Source: Podarcis tiliguerta
Lineage: Eukaryota
NCBI GenBank assembly: GCA_965153285.1
Contig: OZ229114.1
Reading direction: 5' to 3' (one strand)
DNA: 64,000 nucleotides
This document shows, piece after piece, positions 25,296 to 36,907 of the stretch; the stretch's first letter is position 1, and each line of letters starts with the position of its first letter. The notes beneath the pieces are model-generated. The model was not told the DNA's origin, did no database searches, and saw only the letters and a program-made list of their open reading frames with translations. The position numbers were made by a program, and so were the translations under genes.

Positions 25296-26604
25296 CTATC
25301 AGCAAAAAGTTGAATTGAACATTAATCACAGCAAAGGCAATCTTTGTTTGTTTTGCTTGCAATGCATAACAAAAAATCAACATTGTTCAGGATGAGTCAG
25401 ATTCACGCTAGCACTGTGAAAAAGCTATACAAAAAGGTAAAGGTACCCCTGCCTGTGAAAAAGCTATACTATACATTAAATCCAAGTCCATTATGCAAAA
25501 TATTTAACAAGGAAGAATTTAGTTAAATATATTTTTTTTTTTCCTTTTAAGACAATCTTTTTCTCTGGTTCTACTTCTCAGGTATTCCGTCAAGAGCATT
25601 TACATGCCGCTGACTCAAGGAACTCTTTAAAAAGGAAATCACAATGTTAAGCTAAACTCTCAAACGAATTCCAGCTGTAATCACAACTATACTCATTGTA
25701 TGTTTGAGAAAAACTTCATGGCACAAGGAGGACAAGAATGGTGGGATCACAACCACACCTGCACAGCTTTCCTATCTGTTGAGAAGTTCAAGCATGGGCA
25801 CAAAGTTTACATGGGAGCCACAACCATAAAATCTAACGTGCCTAGACCTGAATTGCGCAGCTAATTCCTGAATATAGCATAGGCTATCAGCTGCACAGTT
25901 AGAGGCTTGTTCTTTCCGGGTTTAATCAATGAGGCTAGGGGGCTGGGTAAACCTGTCACAGGTCACAGCTTCCACTGCCCCTAAGAAAACATGGGGTTCG
26001 TTTCGTTTTTGTTTAACTAAGGTAAGATTGTGCGGTCCAGTGTACCCCAAGAGGCTTCGCATGGCCAGCGTGTGGACTTGTTCTCACCTGTGTGCACCTG
26101 ACTCAATCTTCATTCCTTGATTACTCAGCCAAAATATGGGAACTTTGGATAGATATCTGGCAATATCAAAGTCAGTCTGGACAGATCAATCTATGACAGC
26201 TCATTCACACCATCATTGATGCCATAGTTGCCAACAGTGTATACAAGTTTATAGGAGGAAATGACCTGGAAGCCCTGACAACCAAATCCATATTACTTTT
26301 TTTTTATTACATTCACGCTCCAACTTTTCCTCCAAGGAGCTCAAGGTGGCTTATTCATTCCCTCTCCCTTTTTTATACTCATGAAAACCCTGTGAAGATT
26401 AAGCTAAGGTGTTGTGGCTGGCCCAGGTCATCTTCAGGGCTGAATGGCTTCCCCAGCTACCTTCCTCTACCCCCATCATCCACCTATATTTATGAAAGCA
26501 TGTCATGACTGTCTTTGCATCCCTGGAATATGGCAACAATGATTACTCCGGAAAAATAAATTCATATATACAAATAAACAGAGAAAAACAAAGGGTCATG
26601 CTAC

Positions 26605-26807
26605 CTGCTGGCATATACTTCTTAGCACATATCTAGCATATTCGCTGAGACTAGCAGTTTCTATGGAGAAAGGTTTTCCACATGATTTCAAAGAATGTGA
26701 GGAGGCATCCCATATCTCATCTTCATTAAGGTCACCTAGTAATCTTCGCACTGAATAATCTGACTTCTTCAAGGAGGGCATGCTATTGCTTCCAATTTCC
26801 GCATCAC
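26605..26807 (-). CDS. MED12L: MED12L coding exon (~ex27), DAEIGSNSMPSLKK...SLSEYARYVLRSICQQ
   Basis: 203 nt, ORF 26596..26829, AG/GT, phase 1->0. Confidence 0.93.
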
Positions 26808-26877
26808 CTATGGAGTAGAAGCAGCACAAATATGAAGATTATTATTACTGTTTAACTATCAAAAACAACCTGGGCAA

Positions 26878-27558
26878 GCGCCACAATTTAAGAAGGATGT
26901 TGACAAGCTGGAACGTGTGCAGAGGTGGGCAACCAAGATGATCAAGGGTCTGGAAACTAAGCCTTGCGAGGAGTGCTGGAAGGAGCTGGGTATGTTTAGC
27001 CTGGAAAGGAGGAGAATGAGAGGAGATAGGATAGCCACCTTCAAAAATCTTAAGGGCTGTCACATGGGAAAGGGAGCATGCTTGTTTTCTCTTGCTCTGG
27101 AGGGTGGGACTCGAGGCAACGGCTTCAAGATACAAGAAAGGAGATTCCGACTAAACATTCAGGGGAAAAACTTTCTGAAAGTCAGAGCTGTTTGGCAGTG
27201 GAACAGACTCCCACAGAGGTGATGGACTCTCCTTCCTTGGGTGGTTTTTAAGAAGAAATTGGATGGCCACCTGTCATGGATGCTTTAGTTGAGATACCTG
27301 CATTATTAGTGTACTTTGCAGCATCATTAACCATTACTGTAAGCCTAACATTAAAAATAATGAGCTAATACAATACTAATGATATTAATTAATACCATCA
27401 AAGCTTCAGAGTCTTGCACTAGCCTGCCTTGACAGACCCTGAGAAGGCATTCCCTTCATCTACCCACGGTTTTAGGCGGGGGGAGTTGGATTGGGGCTGG
27501 GGAGAGGATATTTGATGACCCTGGGGTCTATTCCAACTTCGATGATTCTATGATTCTA
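26878..27558 (+). mobile_element. CR1 LINE 3' fragment with interrupted tail
   Basis: ORF ATKMIKGLE...LGMFSLERRRMRGD...WNRLP; tail ATTCTATGATTCT at ~27545. Confidence 0.9.
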
Positions 27559-27842
27559 AGCAATCCTGCTGAAGCTGAATTGTTACACCTACTGGGTAGC
27601 AATAAATAGAAGAATTTAATACAAACGCCTCATCTATTGTAGGATTAATCCTTAAAACATCAGATTTTAAGATATAACGGAAGCTCAGGGATGCGGCACT
27701 TCTGGTCCCTTATATTCCCTGATCACTGGTCATGTTGGGTGGGGCTGATGCGAGTTCAACATCTGGGGAGAACGGACGGACCCATGCTCTAGACAATGTA
27801 TCCAGTCAAAATCAAAATTTAGTAGGATCCTATGCTTGCCTA

Positions 27843-28195
27843 AAGGCAAAGGGTAAAGGGACCCCTGACCATTAGGTCCAGTCATGGATGACTCTGGGGT
27901 TGTGGCGCTCATCTCGCTTTATTGGCCGAGGGAGCCGGTGTACAGCTTCCGGGTCATGTGACCAGCATGACTAAGCTGCTTCTGGCGAACCAGAGCAGCG
28001 CACGGAAACGCTGTTTACCTTCCCGCTGGAGCGGTACCTATTTATCTGCTTGAAATTTGTGCTTTCGAACTGCTAGGTTGGCAGGAGCAGGGACCGAGCA
28101 ACGGGAGCTCACCCTGTCGCGGGGATTTGAACTGCTGACCTTCTGATTGGCAAGCCCTAGGCTCTGTGGTTTAACCCACAGCACCACCCACGTCC
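27843..28195 (+). mobile_element. Sauria SINE with target-site duplication
   Basis: Full-length copy flanked by a direct repeat TCCTATGCTTGCCTA. Confidence 0.88.
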
Positions 28196-28413
28196 TATGC
28201 TTGCCTATTCAGAAGTAAATCCCACTGAATTTGATGAAATTTACTCCCATGTAAGTGTGTGTGTGTGTGTGTGTAAGACTTCAGCCTCACAGGGCAAGCC
28301 TAAGCATGTCTGCTGACAAGGGTCCCCCAAATTCAATGGAACTTTCTCCTAGGAAACTTGGTAAGGGGCTGCAGCCTTAACTATGAAATGAAGAATATTT
28401 AATGTGATCTTAC

Positions 28414-28527
28414 CAAGCATCAGTATTGCTTTCAGCACAGCAAACACAGCACCCACTTCTATGCTGTTGTGAGCAGCAGTTAAGAGGTGACGATCACAAG
28501 ATGATCGAATTCCTGGGAAAGATTTCC
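28414..28527 (-). CDS. MED12L: MED12L coding exon (~ex26), [37 protein letters not shown]
   Basis: 114 nt, AG/GTAAG, phase 1->1. Confidence 0.95.
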
Positions 28528-30206
28528 CTGCAGAAAAATAACAAGCTTTTTAAAAAATTGTCATTGTTTTTAGTGAACTTGGCTTTATTCTCCCCACCTA
28601 ATTTTACTAGGCTTCTAAACACTGCGGTGGACCTATTTTGTGGTGCAAGTGCAAGGATGTCAATACTATCAATAATACAAGTCTTAAAACAAATGGCCCA
28701 ATGTACACACGTGCCTGCCCAAGGCCACATCACACACTGTAGAAGCAAGTACATATTCAATATTCAAACACTGTCAATGGAAAGTATCGATTTAGTATGC
28801 AGTCGGTGTGTGGTTCATGCACCATGATTTTGTGATATAATGCAGTTTTTTAAAGTTAAGTGTGTGTACGCGCACCCCCTCCGCCTTATCTTCCAGAGGG
28901 CAGTGGGACTCAGATTTAAACTGCAATGTGAACATTTCATCCAGTTTTCCCCGAATGGATGCAAGGGGGAAGGCAGTGGGCAACTTAATTGAATAGTACA
29001 AACTATGATTTATTTAACAAGCAGGAAGGAGAAGGGAAGGAAGCAAGAACAATTCAGCTAAGTATACTGTTCAACATTAGTGTCTAAACAACAAATAGGG
29101 CAGGATGAAATCAAATAAATTAGTTATCCTTGAGGTGATCAATTAGAGGCCTGGCTGCTGCCACAGAGTCCTGGTCTGTCACTCACAGGCTGTGTGAGGG
29201 CTAAAAATACTGCTCTGCTGTTATTTTCATTCACAATCACTGTCTTCTTCGCTGTCTCTTTTTCCTCTCTCAAATCTTTAAGGGCGTGTACTAATTATTA
29301 CACAGTGTAATAATGTACATTCCGTTTGGGATGCGGACACATTTTTGGGGTGATGTACACACAACATGGCTGCCACTTCATCCCTGTCCCATACTGTGGG
29401 TTGATCTAAAGCGCATTCTACAAGAACAGTTTTTTATCTGTTTTGTGCTGCATTCATTGGTTCCCTCCTATTGGGGAGCACCTAGTGTTGTTCTGCCAGT
29501 GCTTAGCGTGCATGAATAGACTGACTGAGTGGAGTACATCAATGCATACTGCTTCATAAACACAGCCACCTGTATGTGAAAACAGCATGGATAGCAACTC
29601 TCCCTTTTGGCAATGCTATCGTGCGAAGGTACGTATATTAAGAGCTATGTAAAAAAGTGCTTTGTGAAGAAACGAGGCCTGATTGTTTCAAATCCTACAT
29701 GTGTACACAGCCTAACACTCTTTTCTTGAATCTCTTCAACCAACTCACCTCAGAACTCTCTCACCATCTTTTCAGAACGTCCCTATAAAAGGACTTAAGG
29801 GCTAAAAGGGGCTACACATCAGAGAGTTATAAAGAAAAGGCAGAAATATGCTTCCAAAACAACATACCAGGTGGTCCTTTGAACGAAATGGCTGTTTAAG
29901 GCTATAGGTCTGTGTCTCACCAATGTCAATTTAAATTGGATCTTATCCACTGCTATTCCAACTCTCAGTAAACCCCCCAAAGTGAATAAACATGACTAAT
30001 TTATTCTGTATACACTCTACACATTTAAAACACATTCAAAGCACACATACCCCTCTAAAAAAACGGATAAGCAACAGTGCCCAGAATTCTTTGATGGAAG
30101 GAATGAGCTTTAGGCGTATTGTGTATACTCAGACCTAGGTTCATTAATTTCAGCAGGCCCTACTCCAAATAGAATGTTGTTGATGATGATGTTGTTAAAT
30201 TTGTAA

Positions 30207-30586
30207 AAAGGTAAAGGTATGGGACCCCTTGGACAGTTAAGTCCAGTAAAAGGCAACTATGGGGTTGCAGTGTTCATCTCGCTTTCAGGCTGAGGAAGCT
30301 GGCGTTTGTCCACAGACAGCTTTCCAGGTCATGTGGCCAGCATGACTAAACTGCTTTTGGCCCATGCAACACCATGACGGAAGCCAGAGCGCACGGAAAC
30401 ACAATTTACCTTACTGCTGCAGTGGTACCTATTTATCTACTTGCACTGTTGTGCTTTTGAACAGCTGGGTTGGCAGGAGCTGGGACAGAGCAACGGGAGC
30501 TCACCCCATAGCAGGGATTCGAACTGCCTACCTTCTGATCAGCAAGCCCAAGAGGCTCAGTGGTTTAGACCACAGCGCCACCTGCC
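30207..30586 (+). mobile_element. Sauria SINE
   Basis: Diverged full-length copy. Confidence 0.82.
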
Positions 30587-30797
30587 CTTTACCCATAGAT
30601 CTCAGGGCGGTTCACAGCACAGAATTACAATTAAAAAAAACACAAAATACATCATCAAAACAAAAACAAAGACACAAAAATAGCCTCCCATTCTCCTTTG
30701 CCAAGTGAACCTTTGGAGTCAGCATTATAAAATTCCTCTGAGAAACCGGAACACAAAGGCAAGACAGAAGGTCTGGAAATAGATTTGAAGTATTTAC

Positions 30798-30893
30798 CAG
30801 TAGGCAGCAGGGAAACCTCAGGTGTTTGAAAGAGGTGGAACAGAAGCCTGCACGTCATCCTTGCCCCAGGCTCAGCATCTGGATCTCCACAAG
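30798..30893 (-). CDS. MED12L: MED12L coding exon (~ex25), CGDPDAEPGARMTCRLLFHLFQTPEVSLLPT
   Basis: 96 nt, within ORF 30655..30942, AG/GTAAAT, phase 1->1. Confidence 0.9.
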
Positions 30894-31139
30894 CTGTGGG
30901 GAAAGGATGCGAACCAATCATTATATTACTGGAAACTAGCATTTGATTCCCAATATTTTATCTGAGCAGAAGTTTGAATCTAATTCATAACACTTTTATC
31001 AAGCAAACATAGAAAGTAATAGCTTTGTGAAAAATATTAATGCTCTGCAAAACAGTGATCCAAACAATTTTTCATTTAAATGTTATTTTAGTCAATACCA
31101 CATTGCTCTCTTAACTTTTTCTATCTAACAATTGTTTTA

Positions 31140-31142
<3 letters not shown>

Positions 31143-31180
<38 letters not shown>
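31143..31180. repeat. (CA)n microsatellite
   Basis: Direct reading. Confidence 0.95.
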
Positions 31181-31182
<2 letters not shown>

Positions 31183-33359
31183 TGTTGGATTTGCTTAGCA
31201 GGTGTGTGTTGACAAGGCAGCTTGTGAAAGAAAATAAGAAATATGAAAAATGTGAGCATGAGATTTTTCTGCAGCTTAACTGGGTAAAACAAGAGAATGT
31301 TATCAATATTTACTTGTGGGAAAATAAGAAGTATCAGGGGAAAAGTGTCAAAAAAAAAAAAAAAAAAAAAGCTTGTCTGGATGACGAGCACAAATAATGT
31401 CAAAGCTGAGAAAAAGCCAAAAATTCCAGAAACAACATAATGTAATGCCATCAGAGTGTGGGAAGATGACTACAGCTCATAACTTTGCAACATGCTGGCA
31501 GAAAACCAAAACCAGCAGAAATAATTTACTTACTTATTTTAAATATTTGTAAAACTGTCATAAAAATACAGTACAGGGTACACCATGCAAAAATTGCAAC
31601 AACCATAAAAACTTAAAATAACACATTAGTAAAAACATCCATAAATACTGTTTGGATAAAAGAAAATTCGAATTTCAAAGGCCTGTCTAAACAACACTGT
31701 TTATAGGCAATGTGTAAAAGGCGACTGGGATTATTCCTCTAGCAGCAGGAAGTGCCACAGTACAGGGACTGCCACACTCAAGCCTTGGTCCCTAACAAAG
31801 GCTGGTCAAACCTTAGGGGCGTGGTGAACCATCAGAAGTGCTCCATCAGAGAATATAAATAATTGAGGTGGACAATAAGGGAGCAGAAGGTTCTTCAAGT
31901 ACTTTGGGCCAAGTTGGTTAGGGCTTTGTGAATTAACACAAGAACCTTGTACCTGCCTGGTAGCAAACTGGCAAAAATTGCTTGATTACAGAAGTAAGGA
32001 CAACACTGACCCCATTCCCATGGACTTTGGAACAAACATCTAAGGTCCCAAAGCCCCTCACTCTCAGGCCCACCCAAATGAACCATGGCTCTTCCCAAAA
32101 CTGAACCCTAGGCTGTTTATAAGGTATGCATCATCAAACAAATACCCAACATGTGGCCCCTGTAAGAGAAACTTTTAGAAACCTCGACAGCTGTGTCAGA
32201 GGTGTGCCCTGGCTGGAGGAGTCAGTTGCTGCTTTGTGTGGCTCCCAGGCCTCATCAAAAATAAAGCTGAATTTGCCTTCAACTCAGCTTGCGGTGTGTT
32301 CACAGAAGCAGCAGAAGACAACAGAAGTGCTACCCGTTGTTTCCCAAAACTGAGGCTTGGAGTCATAATGTGGATTTATAGTGCAAGCAAGCAATGAAGA
32401 AACAAAGTGCTTTAAAAACAAAATAGCACCAAGCTATATCGGCAGAACAGGAAGTGGCTTACTGGCGTAGTTCCATTGCTCCCCATTTCCGTTTCAGCCA
32501 CCCCAGATGTTTCTGTCCTTCCACCCTCACCACAACCAGGAAGTTGTGGGGCTTTTGGGTGGCTGTCTGCTTGGTTTTTAATATCTTAAACCACCACTAC
32601 TCCAGTACTGAACATAAGAATCACCTGCTGGATCAAGTCAATGGCCCATTCAGTCCAGCATTCTGTTCTCACAATGCCTATACAAAATCGTACTACTGGT
32701 GAGCTCTTCGACTGAAGAGTGAGTAAAACAACTCCACTTTTGCTCAGGAGAGACTCCTGGCCTCCAGATTTGCTTTTTGGTTACGTTATCATCCACTATG
32801 CTATCATTATCACTATGTTATCATCCACTATACTATCATCCACTATCATCTAGCAGGGCAAAGCAGCACCTTTCGATATCCAGGGAAAGGTGGTGGTTGT
32901 TGGTTTCACACTTGGCTTTTGACGCCTTGAGTGCAATCCTAGGCATGTCTACTCAGAAGTAAGTCCAGCAAAGTTGAAGAGGACTTGCTCCCCAGTAAAT
33001 GTGTGTAGCTTGCAGTCTAAGAAAGAAGGGAAAATAGAAAGAAGGAAGGAGCGTGGGGTGGGAAAAAGATGAAGACTGCAGAAATAGAGAAGAATGGATA
33101 ATCTAATAAGAAGATTAGCATGTACAGAGTCTTTTAGTCCTACATAACTGCAATTCAGTCCCAGCTATGTAAATCCATGACCACCACACTTAATCGGCAA
33201 AACACATTTAGAGCACCCTGCTTATCTATGCTTTAAAAAAAATAAACCCCTAGATTCCAGAAAATGGTTTTATATGATTTACCATCCATACATGGAACCA
33301 TTTTTGCCTTCCAGTTTGAAGAGCAAAGTGTGGTTTTCAAGATATCACCGACAACTCAC

Positions 33360-33480
33360 CTGCTGTAAGTAAAGAAGGAAGTGCAACGTGCTGAACAACA
33401 TCCTCTAGGAAAAAACATTGCCGGGCTATGAGGATTGCGACAAAGGTAGCCAATGAGTCATGGAACGACAGGTCACTCAC
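33360..33480 (-). CDS. MED12L: MED12L coding exon (~ex24), [40 protein letters not shown]
   Basis: 121 nt, AG/GTGAG, phase 0->1. Confidence 0.94.
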
Positions 33481-34175
33481 CTTAAAGGGCAAAAAAGGAT
33501 AAAAATGTTGCTAATTAATCAGTTCTAATTAATCAGTTTGTGTCTTCTATACTGAACGGAGAAATCCACTCCCACAATCATATGACTCAGCTGGCAGCAA
33601 ATGAGAAGGTGACCTCCCACAAGCACAAGAAAGATGGGGAATTACCTGATATCTGGACCCTTTATACAGATCTGTTTGCTTGAATGTCTGAGCACCAGGT
33701 TATTCTGGAATCTCGACCATCAGCCACCCCACCCCCTTTCCCTCATTCGTATGTACAAAACACGTTGCCTTGATTTATTATGATTTTAGTTTGTACTGTT
33801 TGGCTGTATTTGTTTATTTGGAAAATAAAACAAAAAAGACTATGCATAAAAGACAGTGTGTGTGTCTGTGGCAAAGGCTGGGGACTGGTTCAGACACAAG
33901 AAACCATGATTTAGGATTACTTGAGTGAGCCCTAGGGGTGTGGATATCTTCCTCTCACATAGAACACAGAAAGTTGCCTTATACTGAGTCAGTCTGTTGC
34001 TCTATTTTATCAGTTGTGTCTAATGCAATTCCTGACAGGTGCTCTTCAGGGTTTCAGACAAAGATTTTCACCAGCCCTACCTGGAAATGGCACATACTGC
34101 AATTTTTTTTTCCTTTCAGTGAGTTTCAGCAATTTCCGCACTTCCCCTTTCATATCAAACCATCATTTATAGTTA

Positions 34176-34417
34176 CAGTGGTACCTCGGGTTAAGAACCT
34201 AATTCGTTCTGGAGGTCCATTCTTAACCTGAAACTGTTCTTAACCTGAAGCACCACTTTAACTAATGGGGCCTCCTGCTTCTGCCATGCCACCGGAGCCC
34301 AATTTCTGTTCTCATCCTGAAGCAAATTTCTTAACCCGAGGTACTATTTCTGGGTTAGCAGAGTCTGTAACCTGAAGTGTCTGTAACCTGAAGCATATGT
34401 AACCAGAGGTACCACTG
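34176..34417. mobile_element. MITE family B copy
   Basis: TIRs and TA flanks; inverted relative to the 12665 copy. Confidence 0.85.
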
Positions 34418-36041
34418 TAGCTGTGCATGTGCATGCTTTTACTTTTGCATGTTCTGTGTATTATATGCGCTTTATTGCACAGGCTTTATTATGCTGTTTC
34501 TATTACCTTCACTTGTCTGTTAAAATCTGTTTGCTCTTTCTTTCCTCATTTTTTTTTTAAATTTAATTTAATTTAATTTAATTTTGAGGTATAACCTGAA
34601 CTTGGTTGACCAATAAACTTTGGATTGGATATAGTTACTTCTGTCCAAGCAAACATGCCCTCCAAACCAGAATTGCAAGCCATAGTTTGCTGGCTGTAAC
34701 AGATGGAATTCCAGATGGCATTAACTTATTCAAGGGAAACTCTAATTTACTATACATTTAAAGCACATGGCTCACCCCAAAGGATTCAGGGAACAGCAGT
34801 TTCCCCTTTACCGAGCTACAATTCCAAGCACCCTTAACAAACTACAGTTCCCAGGATTCTTTGGGGGTTTGCCATGTGCTTTAAAACTTTACGCATATGG
34901 TGTGTACACATCCTGAGTTGTTTCTTCTGTGCTATTTTGTACTTTCTCCACTGTATGAACCCAGCTAGTCAGATAGGCAAGGCTGATGACATCGCTAGAT
35001 AGTGAAATCAGATTAGGCAGCATGGTGCTGGCCCTGAGAACAAATGAAAGAGTATTGTCCTTACCTAAGAAGAGGGAGGAAGGAAACAACATGTCTCAAC
35101 GGTTAAGGCAACCACAGCACAACACAGCGAGACAAAGAGAGTCCACACAGTTGTCGCTGCAGTGAGAAATGTTCCTTGCTTCATTGCCGCATGTTGTAGC
35201 AAGACAGGGAACCATGGCCTACTGCCCCAGTTACCTTTGTAAAGGAGGAGGAGGACATCTGAGGAAGCCTCTCTCCAACAGAAGGTTGCAGGTAGGGGTG
35301 TTTTGGGGGTGGGAGGTGGGGGGTGGGATGGGGAACAGGCTAGCCATCCCTAACCTGGGTTCTTAAACCATAGTTCTTAAACTAAGCAAGATGAGATGCA
35401 GAGAGAAATTGCATGAAAAGCAGACACAAGGGTATGCATGTAGAAGCCCATTATGCATGTAGAAGGTCCATTGTTTATTTAAAGCTTCACTGCAGCATTG
35501 GCTGTCAGGCTGTCAGGACTGTGTATGTTAGTGAAGGGGCAAAACCATGGGGCCAAATATTATTTCTGAGCCTCCTTGGGGCTTACCTATGAGAGCAGAA
35601 AATATCTTATGTATGCGGGTGTTAGTCACATAGAGGACAAAAGTGACTGTCATCCCCTTTATGTCAAATAGTAAAATTCCACTGGTCTTCATAATCTGAG
35701 GCCTAGTTGCAGGCAGACTGCAGGAAGCCAGCATACATTCTATTAGATCCATTCCTGAATTTCTAATGAACATTAGTGGAAATGTCACAATGGTGGAAAT
35801 AAGAGAAAATACAATGAGTTGTTCATAACTAAGTTATAAACTAAGTTTATAACGCTTCAAAATATTTTCCCCCTTTATTTCTTGGAATTGTTTCTACTTT
35901 GTTTCCAATATAAAATTATCAAAACATCTGCTATACAAAATTTAAAAAAAACCAAGGCTTGGTTATGTGATAATTCCAGATGGCCAGCCATAGCAAAGAT
36001 ATAGGTACTTATCTACTGATAGAAGCATTTTCTGCACTTAC

Positions 36042-36183
36042 ATCCACACTGCAGAGGAGGTCATTAAACCCCCAGACATGGTTTGACGAACAGCAAAGGG
36101 CTTTCAAGACCCCTAGCCATTCCGAGCTTAGCACTGTGCAGCAAGCGGTTAACTCTGCACACAAATTGGCAATGTCGTTGATT
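36042..36183 (-). CDS. MED12L: MED12L coding exon (~ex23), [47 protein letters not shown]
   Basis: 142 nt, AG/GTAAGT, phase 2->0. Confidence 0.95.
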
Positions 36184-36235
36184 CTAGAAGAAAACAGAAA
36201 AGATAAATTAATGCTAATTGACTGACAACAAGGTG

Positions 36236-36270
<35 letters not shown>

Positions 36271-36320
36271 GTATATGTGTAAGTGTGTGTGTAGATGTAT
36301 ATGTGTATGTGTGTGTGTGT
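36236..36320. repeat. (GT)n compound microsatellite
   Basis: Direct reading. Confidence 0.9.
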
Positions 36321-36330
36321 ATTGCAGTAG

Positions 36331-36480
36331 TCATAGAATCATAGAATTGTAGAGTTGGAAGGGAACTTGAGGATTATCTAATCCAACCCCACTGCAAGGC
36401 AGGAATATGCAACTGTTGTATACAGGGATCAGACCTGCAACCTTGGTGTTACATCAGCACACTTTAACCAACTGAGCTAT
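36331..36480 (-). mobile_element. tRNA-headed SINE with CR1-type tail
   Basis: Minus strand begins TAGCTCAGTTGGTTAAAG (A box) and ends ATTCTATGATTCTATGA. Confidence 0.7.
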
Positions 36481-36679
36481 TAAGACCACCAGTATGCTTC
36501 TTAACCCAAACTAATCTGCACCTAGTGAGTCAAGACCACCCATAACGTGAGCGAGCAGCGCTCAACTTTGTTTCCTTTTCACTAACATTTTTAAGAGGAG
36601 GGAGGGAGGGAGGGAGGGAGGGAGAGAGGGGAATTTAATGTTTTAAAGAGGCAGCTTGGTCTCTGCAATGTCACCTTAC

Positions 36680-36907
36680 CTGCCTGTATCTTGGTGGCCC
36701 ATGCATACATTCATCAGTGCATTACACACAAAACTATAGCGACTAGGTGCATTGTCATTCAAGATCTTGCCCAACATTGAATAATTGAGGCTGTGGATTG
36801 AGGGATTCTCAATAAAATCCAACATGAACTCTGGATCCCATAACAAGTTGGAGTTTGAGGGCTGAACATTGCTATAGATGGTTTGCTTCACTTTTGAGCA
36901 GGCACTA
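36680..36907 (-). CDS. MED12L: MED12L coding exon (~ex22), [27 protein letters not shown]...[10 protein letters not shown]
   Basis: 228 nt, ORF 36676..36891, tandem TAGTAG acceptor, GTAAG donor. Confidence 0.93.

Noticed and set aside
34983-35010. Hammerhead ribozyme core (CTGATGA...GAAA)
   Set aside because: Stem II does not close between the core motifs, and no flanking stems or cleavage triplet are evident
36420-36480. tRNA gene
   Set aside because: Degenerate tRNA-like head fused to a CR1 tail, i.e. a SINE
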